A stretch of DNA of 63,893 bases from Myxococcota bacterium (GTDB lineage Bacteria; Myxococcota_A; Bradymonadia; UBA7976; UBA1532), in the NCBI GenBank assembly GCA_036337435.1, contig JAYZEG010000061.1, forward strand, positions 1-63,893, in the 5' to 3' direction. Numbering within the stretch: position 1 is the first letter of the stretch; every line of letters starts with the position of its first letter. The translations under genes and the position numbers were made by a program. This document shows positions 57,361-63,893 of the stretch, piece by piece. Below the pieces are notes generated by a model. That model was not told where the DNA came from, did not search any database, and saw nothing but the letters and a program-made list of their open reading frames with translations.

Positions 57361-57918
57361 ATGTTACCGATCACGCCAGACGAATTGAAGACATGTCCTG
57401 TCTTCCGTGGTTTATCAGAACCCGATTTCAGGCAACTCGTGGTTTGCATGAGTCGACGGTATCTTGCTCACTCGGGAATGATTTTATTTGAAAATGAAGT
57501 CGATTCTGATGCTGCTTATGTCATCCAATCGGGCGTACTGGTGGCCGAGATGCCAGTCGACGGCGGTGTGGCTGTGGAAATGGCAAAGATGGGCCCTGGT
57601 GCTGTCGTAGGTGAACTTTGTTTAATCAAGGGCGGCCCGAGAAGCCTTCGAGTCAAAGCGGTTTCCGAAACACACCTGATTCGTATCGATCGAGAAAAGT
57701 TCGCTGACTTAAGAAGCGCGAAAAATGCAGCCGCTTATACGGTGATCCGCAATATTTGCCTCACCATGTGCGACCGGCTTCGCAAGTCCAACGAATTCAT
57801 CGAGCGCGAGTTGCGCCATGAAACGCCGATGGCGGCGGATTTCACCAGCGTAAGCGAGGACACGCTGGCTGATCGAGCGCGCAGCTACCTGAGTAAACTC
57901 TTTGGGCGCGGGAGCTGA
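57361..57918 (+). CDS. Stand-alone cyclic-nucleotide-binding domain protein
   Basis: PVFRGL, YVIQSG, and phosphate-binding cassette GELCLI.GGPRS; no HTH. ATG 57361 follows GGGAG. Confidence 0.85.
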   Translation: MLPITPDELKTCPVFRGLSEPDFRQLVVCMSRRYLAHSGMILFENEVDSDAAYVIQSGVLVAEMPVDGGVAVEMAKMGPGAVVGELCLIKGGPRSLRVKAVSETHLIRIDREKFADLRSAKNAAAYTVIRNICLTMCDRLRKSNEFIERELRHETPMAADFTSVSEDTLADRARSYLSKLFGRGS

Positions 57919-57923
57919 GAACG

Positions 57924-58394
57924 ATGGATGCCAATCGACTGCGTTTTGTAGATGCGCTTGAAGAATTTACAGATCGGGAACTGGAATTGCTGGCCAGTGT
58001 CATGCACGTACGGCAATACGTCGGGGGTGAACACGTCTTCAGAAAAGGGGATCGGGCGAGTGCGTGCTACATCGTTCTTGCGGGGGGGATCGAGGTCATC
58101 GTGCCCGGTGCGACAGACGAGGGCAACACGGTCGCCACTTTGACGGCTGGTCGTATGTTTGGCGAGATCGCGCTGGTAGACGGAGGGCTGAGGTCAGCCA
58201 ACTGCCGTGCCGCCACAGGGGGTGCCGAGCTTTGTCTGCTGGGTCGTAACGAATTCGATCAAATCTTCAATGCAAATAATGCATTTGCATTCAAACTCCT
58301 CGACTTGATTGGGGAGCGTGTCGTCGAGAATGTCAGGCGCGCGGCAGGCGAACTTTTGTCCGTTGTGTTAAAGGAACGAAGTCAAGGTCTTTAG
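57924..58394 (+). CDS. Stand-alone cyclic-nucleotide-binding domain protein
   Basis: GEHVFRKGD, YIVLAGG.EV and FGEIALVDGGLRSANC; no HTH. Confidence 0.88.
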   Translation: MDANRLRFVDALEEFTDRELELLASVMHVRQYVGGEHVFRKGDRASACYIVLAGGIEVIVPGATDEGNTVATLTAGRMFGEIALVDGGLRSANCRAATGGAELCLLGRNEFDQIFNANNAFAFKLLDLIGERVVENVRRAAGELLSVVLKERSQGL

Positions 58395-58401
58395 AGCCGG
58401 C

Positions 58402-58755
58402 TCACTCGCGCGATACTCGACTTAGCCGAATTGGATTCTTTTTCAAACACGCCCTTGCCGCACCGGCTTCTTTCATACCCAAACGACCTAGGAACTCTTT
58501 ACAAGCGGCGGAATAGAACTCTTTGGAGAGTCCTTTGTGGACGGCCACGTACGCCGCGCCATAACCCATCAGAAAAGAGACGAGCAGCGCCAGAATCTTA
58601 TGGGCAACAAAATAGGGCCTCCAGACGGAGAAGACCAAGACGACGACGGTCAAGAAGAACAAAAGCAAGCACAACATTGCGATGATGTCCCACTTGGCCT
58701 CAACCTGAGACTTGATCTCGTTGTATTGATTTACGGTGCTTGCAAGGTAATACAT
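58402..58755 (-). CDS. Small membrane protein with 2 TM helices
   Basis: Two strongly hydrophobic segments; C-terminal tail with two Cys. Confidence 0.6.
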   Translation of the reverse strand: MYYLASTVNQYNEIKSQVEAKWDIIAMLCLLLFFLTVVVLVFSVWRPYFVAHKILALLVSFLMGYGAAYVAVHKGLSKEFYSAACKEFLGRLGMKEAGAARACLKKNPIRLSRVSRE

Positions 58756-58857
58756 AAAACCAGTAATCGGATTGTTGACCCCTATTTACAAGGCAAGCGT
58801 ATGTCTGCGTCAAGTTGTGTTTGTATTTGACATCATAAGGAGGGGTTCTAAAGCCGA

Positions 58858-59259
58858 CTATTCCGTCGGTGCGCCTGCCTCAATCCAACGTCGAACAAGG
58901 TCAAGTCTCGTATCATCTAATGGGACAGATGGCGGCATCGGATCACCCGCTGCCGGCCTTTCTTCGGTGAGTTTCTCGAATAAATACGAGTCGTTCAATG
59001 AGCCTGGAACAACCAAACCTTTCCCTGGAATAGCGGTCGATACCGCCTCGACTAGTGTGGTCAATGGCTCAGGTTTTAAGACCAGCCCACCGGCCCCAAG
59101 TTCGGGTCCATGGCATGCAGCAAAACTACATCCGTTGATAAAGACATTTTTGACGTCGACAAGGTCAGGTGTTCCGTCTTCGTCGTGTCCAGTTTCGCCC
59201 CCGCACCCGATGGAGAGGATCAAACATAAATAAACCTGTCTAAGTCGTCCGTCCATCAT
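58858..59259 (-). CDS. Cytochrome c-like lipoprotein with atypical CX4CH motif
   Basis: Lipobox SIGC; CSFAACHG; VVPG...SYL.EKL...MPP...L.....V..WI.AGA, a planctomycete-type cytochrome c pattern. Confidence 0.7.
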   Translation of the reverse strand: MMDGRLRQVYLCLILSIGCGGETGHDEDGTPDLVDVKNVFINGCSFAACHGPELGAGGLVLKPEPLTTLVEAVSTAIPGKGLVVPGSLNDSYLFEKLTEERPAAGDPMPPSVPLDDTRLDLVRRWIEAGAPTE

Positions 59260-59542
59260 CACTACCCAGCTGCATTTTACCGCACTTTCCCTGCCCTTAA
59301 GGCCACTGTACCAACTGTCTCACGATGATCTCAATACCGAGTCAAGTCGGGGACTTTTTTAGCTCGCACGACAACAGTCAGAAATATTTTACGATCCTTA
59401 TGTGGCCAATAGCACTTTAAGTCGCCCAATAAGTTTACTTTAGGTTATGGTAAGGCGTGTGCGAGCCATGTCGGTATTGAGTCATCATTGACTTGAGCAC
59501 TCACATGCAGTTCGCAGAGCGCACGAGAAGGATGTTTGGTCC

Positions 59543-62500
59543 ATGCAGAAGCCATATGGCAGCCCGAGCCTTGTGAGTTCTCTCAGAGAGAGTGCAAAAA
59601 AGGTGTTTGAGCCGACCTTCAGAATCGGAGCCCTTCTGTCCATCCTGGCGATCTGGTCGGCAGGGTGCAGCTCCACCGATGTCGGGGCGAGCAATTATCG
59701 CTGTATGGATGATTCAGACTGTCGAACGGGTCTCATTTGCCATCCAGTGCGGAAGGCCTGTGAGCCTCCTGCCGTGATCGTTGACGGTGGAACGATTGGT
59801 GATTGCCGTATGGCAACGAACGCGTGTGCGCCTGGATTTTCGTGCCAATTTGTGATGGACACGTGGTCATGTCTGCCCGGTGAAGCATCGGATGCTGGGG
59901 GGCCGTCGTGTTCAGACTTAGCCCGAAACGGTCGTGAGACCGACGTCGATTGCGGGGGGCCCACGTGCGGCGGTTGCCGAGCCGGTAAGCTCTGTTTGGA
60001 GCCAACCGATTGCTTATCGCTCGTTTGCAATAACAACCGGTGCGCGGAGATCAGTTGCGATGATGGTGTCTTGAATGGCACTGAGACCAGCACGGATTGT
60101 GGCGGTGAATGCACTGGCTGTGGTGTTGGGGCGGCCTGTAACGACGGGTCTGATTGTCTCAGCGGTGTCTGCGTGGATGGGCGCTGCGCAGGTCCAACAT
60201 GCGATGACGACGTTGTTAACCAAGGGGAGTCAGATGTCGATTGTGCAGGGCCATGTTCCCTTTGCGATATCGGCCAAATCTGCAGAATGAATGGGGATTG
60301 CCTGACGGATTTCTGCATTGATGGAGTCTGCCGGTCTGCGACATGTATGGATGGGCTTCGGAATGGTGATGAAAGCGATGTGGACTGCGGCGGCGCGTGT
60401 CCTGCATGCGACCCGGGCCGCGCGTGCAGCCGGCCCCAAGACTGCACAAGTGGTGTGTGCGATGCTGGTGTTTGCCAAGAACCACGCTGTGGTGACGGGG
60501 TCATCAACGGCGACGAGACCTGTGATGACGGCAATCAAGTCGACTCGGACGCTTGCCGGAATACGTGTGTGCAATCAATATGCGGTGATGGCGTCGTTCA
60601 AGAGGGCGTCGAAGAATGTGATGACGGCAATGCTGACCAAAGCGACGCCTGTACCAATCTTTGTGTCAATGCACGATGCGGCGACGGATTCGTACAGTTG
60701 GATGTCGAAACCTGCGATGACGGGAACGACATCGACGGCGACCTTTGCTTGAACAACTGCCAACCTGCACGCTGTGGCGACGGCGTGATCCAAGTGGGCG
60801 TAGAAGCCTGTGACGACGGCAATGCCATCAATACTGATGCATGCCTCAATACGTGTCAGCCCGCACAATGCGGTGATGGCTTTGTCTTTCCCGATCTCGA
60901 AGATTGTGATGATGGCAATCAATCAAACAATGACGGCTGTACCAACCGATGCGCGTTTGCGAGCTGTGGGGATGGACTGATCAACGAAGCGGTCGAAGAG
61001 TGTGATGATGCAAATGCCAATAACAATGATGGCTGCACGAACCTATGCCGCCATGCGCGCTGTGGTGATGGGATACTCTACAACGGCATGGAGGAATGTG
61101 ACGATGGCAACGAGTCAAACACCGATGCATGTACGAATACATGCGAAGACGCTCTATGTGGTGACGGTTTCGTGCGCAGCGGCGTTGAAGAATGCGATGA
61201 CGGGAACTTAGAGGACGAGGATAGCTGTCGGGCGGATTGTCGAAATGCACGATGCGGTGATGGTGTCATCAATTTTGAACAGGAAACCTGCGACGACGGA
61301 AATCTCGTCGATACTGATGCCTGCACCAGCGAATGCAGAGAGGCACGCTGTGGTGATGGGATTGTCTATCCCGACCTAGAGCAATGCGACGACGGCAATG
61401 TCATCGATACGGACGCCTGCCTGAATTCTTGCACTCGGGCCGAATGTGGTGATGGCGTCGTCGAAGCAGGTCAAGAAGACTGCGATGACGGAAATAATGA
61501 CGATAACGATGCGTGTCCAACCAGTTGTCGGTTTGCATCGTGCGGTGATGGTCTTATCCAGAATGGTCTCGAAGAATGTGATGATGGCAACCAGAGCAAT
61601 GCAGATGACTGCCTCAATAATTGCATTGTCGCCCGCTGTGGTGATGGCTTCGTCCAGGACGGAATTGAGCAATGTGATGATGGCAATCAGAATGACCAAG
61701 ATGGGTGTTTGAATAGCTGCCAGACAGCTCGCTGTGGGGACGGAGTTGTCTGGTCCAACGTAGAAGAATGCGACGACGGAGACAATGACGACGATGATGC
61801 ATGTACGACTCAGTGCCTCAATGCCCGCTGTGGCGATGGTTTTGTCCGTGGTGGATTCGAGGACTGTGACGATGGCAATCGATTCAATTCCGATGATTGT
61901 CTAAATGACTGCACTGCCGCGTTTTGTGGCGATGGCATCGTGCGTATCGACGAAGAAGCCTGTGACGATGGAAATGATGTTAATTCAGATCTCTGCACCA
62001 ATGGCTGCCAGTTCGCCGTGTGCGGCGACGGTATCGTCCGTATCGGGCAAGAAATTTGCGATGACGGTAATCTAGAGGATGGAGATGGTTGCGACTCCAA
62101 TTGCACCACGACATCATGTGGAAATAATATCCTCAATGCCGGGGAGGAATGCGACGACGGCAACGATGTCGACGGCGATGGCTGTGATTCAAACTGCACT
62201 GAGACTCGATGTGGGAATGGCGTGATTACCGGCGATGAGGAATGCGAAGATGGCAACGGAATAGACGGTGATGGGTGTGACAGCAATTGTACGCGTACCG
62301 CATGTGGTAACGGGATTGTAACGGATGCTGAGACCTGTGATGACGGGAATGACGTCAATGGCGATGCCTGCGACTCAAATTGCACGATACCGGCATGTGG
62401 TAACGGGGTTGTCGCACCTGGAGAGCAATGTGACGATAATAACCTCGCAGACGGCGACGGCTGCGACAATAATTGCACCGAAACAGCCTGCGGTAATGGC

Positions 62501-63415
62501 GTACGGACGGGTGATGAAGAGTGCGACGATGGGAATGACGTCGAAGGTGACGGCTGCGATTCCAACTGCACAAATACAGGGTGCGGCAATGGCATCGTGA
62601 CCTTTGGAGAGGCCTGCGATGATGGCAATAATATCGATGGTGACGGATGCGATAGCGACTGTGTTGCTGGGCGCCCATGCGGTGCCAATTGCCCTGACTT
62701 AACTTTTATCTTAATCGAAGGCGGCGTCTATCAAATGGGCAGTAATCTTGGTTTGGCTAATGAGTTGCCGGTCCATGAGGTCAACGTTCCATCGTTTTTT
62801 ATTGGACAAAGCGAAGTCACGGTTGCGGCTTACGGTAATTGCGTTGTTGCAGGCGCGTGTACGCCACCTAGCTCAGTTGAGCAAAATCCCACATGTAACT
62901 GGGGGGCGGACGGTCGACAAGAGCACCCCGTCAACTGTTTAAGTTGGCAACAGTCGAAAGACTTCGCGGCTTGGATCGATGCAAGACTGCCTACGGAAGC
63001 AGAGTGGGAGTTTGCGGCAACAAGTCGAGGACAGGACTATCAATTTCCTTGGGGCAACCAGCAAGCGACCTGCAATTTGGCAATCATGAAAGATGCCAAT
63101 GGCGTAAGCGGTTGTGGTGAGAATACCACGGGACCCGTTTGTTCGAGACCCGATGGAAATTCGGAGCAGGGCCTCTGCGATATGTCAGGGAACGTATTCG
63201 AATGGGTCGAAGACGATTATCATCAAAACTATTTCTTCGCGCCAATCGATGGCAGCGCGTGGATTGAAGACCCCAGAGAAAGCCGTCGCGTCTACCGCGG
63301 TGGGGCTTTCCAATTCAATTCGACGTTTCTGAGAGTGAAAGATCGACGAGCGTACACACCAGACTTCCGAGTCAATTATCTTGGTTTTAGAGTCGCACGG
63401 GACATTCCCGAATAA
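59543..63415 (+). CDS. Myxococcal Cys-rich repeat (DUF4215-type) lipoprotein with C-terminal FGE-sulfatase/CLec-fold domain
   Basis: Lipobox SAGC; 4 ETDVDCGG-type repeats; 23 counted CG(D/N)G...E.CDDGN...D.C...C repeats; C-terminal EVTV..Y, RLPTEAEWE, DMSGNVFEW, RGG and GFR. GTG 59603 is an alternative start. Confidence 0.9.
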   Translation: MQKPYGSPSLVSSLRESAKKVFEPTFRIGALLSILAIWSAGCSSTDVGASNYRCMDDSDCRTGLICHPVRKACEPPAVIVDGGTIGDCRMATNACAPGFSCQFVMDTWSCLPGEASDAGGPSCSDLARNGRETDVDCGGPTCGGCRAGKLCLEPTDCLSLVCNNNRCAEISCDDGVLNGTETSTDCGGECTGCGVGAACNDGSDCLSGVCVDGRCAGPTCDDDVVNQGESDVDCAGPCSLCDIGQICRMNGDCLTDFCIDGVCRSATCMDGLRNGDESDVDCGGACPACDPGRACSRPQDCTSGVCDAGVCQEPRCGDGVINGDETCDDGNQVDSDACRNTCVQSICGDGVVQEGVEECDDGNADQSDACTNLCVNARCGDGFVQLDVETCDDGNDIDGDLCLNNCQPARCGDGVIQVGVEACDDGNAINTDACLNTCQPAQCGDGFVFPDLEDCDDGNQSNNDGCTNRCAFASCGDGLINEAVEECDDANANNNDGCTNLCRHARCGDGILYNGMEECDDGNESNTDACTNTCEDALCGDGFVRSGVEECDDGNLEDEDSCRADCRNARCGDGVINFEQETCDDGNLVDTDACTSECREARCGDGIVYPDLEQCDDGNVIDTDACLNSCTRAECGDGVVEAGQEDCDDGNNDDNDACPTSCRFASCGDGLIQNGLEECDDGNQSNADDCLNNCIVARCGDGFVQDGIEQCDDGNQNDQDGCLNSCQTARCGDGVVWSNVEECDDGDNDDDDACTTQCLNARCGDGFVRGGFEDCDDGNRFNSDDCLNDCTAAFCGDGIVRIDEEACDDGNDVNSDLCTNGCQFAVCGDGIVRIGQEICDDGNLEDGDGCDSNCTTTSCGNNILNAGEECDDGNDVDGDGCDSNCTETRCGNGVITGDEECEDGNGIDGDGCDSNCTRTACGNGIVTDAETCDDGNDVNGDACDSNCTIPACGNGVVAPGEQCDDNNLADGDGCDNNCTETACGNGVRTGDEECDDGNDVEGDGCDSNCTNTGCGNGIVTFGEACDDGNNIDGDGCDSDCVAGRPCGANCPDLTFILIEGGVYQMGSNLGLANELPVHEVNVPSFFIGQSEVTVAAYGNCVVAGACTPPSSVEQNPTCNWGADGRQEHPVNCLSWQQSKDFAAWIDARLPTEAEWEFAATSRGQDYQFPWGNQQATCNLAIMKDANGVSGCGENTTGPVCSRPDGNSEQGLCDMSGNVFEWVEDDYHQNYFFAPIDGSAWIEDPRESRRVYRGGAFQFNSTFLRVKDRRAYTPDFRVNYLGFRVARDIPE

Positions 63416-63577
63416 GGCTGTCCGGTCGGCCAAGAATATCCGTGCGGACTCATCTCTGGGATGTGCTCGTATTGGACTCGATAGCGTTCGGTGCGCTCAT
63501 CATCGACACATACCAACTGCTAGACCACGAAACGAACGCCTCAATTGAACTGCGATTTAGTGGGGTGAGGTCCAGTG

Positions 63578-63730
63578 AAAAATGCTGCCGACGGTAAGCC
63601 CCCAGCTTTAGGGGGGTATGGGTACAGGGGAAGTCGCCAGGAAGGCTTACCGTCGGCAGATAACTGCGTCATAACTGGAAGGAACGCGGCCTGTGCCTTT
63701 ATCGGCGACGCATACATGCCCCAGTTATTC
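63578..63730 (-). ncRNA. Candidate structured RNA or terminator: perfect 16-bp inverted repeat with C-rich loop
   Basis: CTGCCGACGGTAAGCC (63585-63600) pairs with GGCTTACCGTCGGCAG (63644-63659). On the minus strand the stem extends through G-U pairs and is followed by CATTTTT. Confidence 0.45.
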
Positions 63731-63738
63731 TGGCGTTT

Positions 63739-63893
63739 TTAGTTTTTCGCTGCTGTCGTCTTGGCAGCAGGTTTCTTTGCAGCAGGTTTCTTTGCAGCAG
63801 GCTTCTTTGCAGCAGGCTTCTTTGCAGCAGGCTTCTTTGCAGCAGGCTTCTTTGCAGCAGGCTTCTTTGCAGCAGGCTTCTTTGCAGCAGGCT
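63739..63893 (-). CDS. C-terminal fragment of a protein with a histone H1-like PAAKK tail (start outside the window)
   Basis: Minus-strand frame reads (PAAKK)n-PAAKTTAAKN-stop, with TAA at 63739-63741. Confidence 0.8.
   Translation of the reverse strand, partial: PAAKKPAAKKPAAKKPAAKKPAAKKPAAKKPAAKKPAAKKPAAKTTAAKN
63764..63893 (-). repeat. Coding 15-bp tandem repeat, at least 8.7 units
   Basis: Plus-strand unit GCAGCAGG(T/C)TTCTTT repeats to the window end; encodes PAAKK. Confidence 0.95.

Noticed and set aside
60480..62670. Regularly spaced TG(T/C)GA(T/C)GA(T/C)GG motifs resembling a CRISPR array
   Set aside because: They are degenerate at third codon positions and encode CDDGN protein repeats within one ORF; no cas genes are present.
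59695..62688. Long antisense Ser/Pro/Gln-rich ORFs (also seen at 12516-14633 and 24183-26024)
   Set aside because: These are shadow frames of the Cys/Asp/Gly-rich repeat genes.
63280..63480. FGE/CLec C-terminus as a diversity-generating retroelement target
   Set aside because: No template repeat or reverse transcriptase in the window, and several would-be variable codons (CAA, TCG, ACG, GCG) do not fit the NNY pattern expected from AAY templates. A remote template cannot be excluded without a genome search.

Overview
This looks like a bacterial chromosomal segment from the Myxococcota (inferred from the PSD/DUF1552 pair, MopE-type and CGDG...CDDGN cysteine-rich repeat lipoproteins, and an MXAN_5187-like C-terminal domain). 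Housekeeping and metabolic genes include cystathionine beta-synthase and gamma-lyase/synthase, the srkA kinase, asnS, a Thr/Ser dehydratase, a fatty acid desaturase, a GH84 hydrolase, slyD and a GT4 glycosyltransferase. There is a complete imuA-imuB-dnaE2 mutagenesis cassette with a LexA-like palindrome over the imuA start codon. A tightly coupled five-gene operon (DUF2760, Hsp70, Hsp70-DUF3731, outer-membrane barrel, vWA lipoprotein) is the best candidate for an undescribed system. Other notable items are three giant Cys-rich stalk lipoproteins with different tip domains, a surface-protein gene split by one in-frame TAA, a Walker-degenerate STAND/TPR protein coupled to a SMI1/KNR4-like protein, and a candidate structured sRNA near the right end. 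I saw no rRNA, tRNA, CRISPR array or mobile element. Family calls come from motifs recognised by eye, with no database searches. Several starts were moved from the ORF track to codons with better RBS or gene-overlap support.
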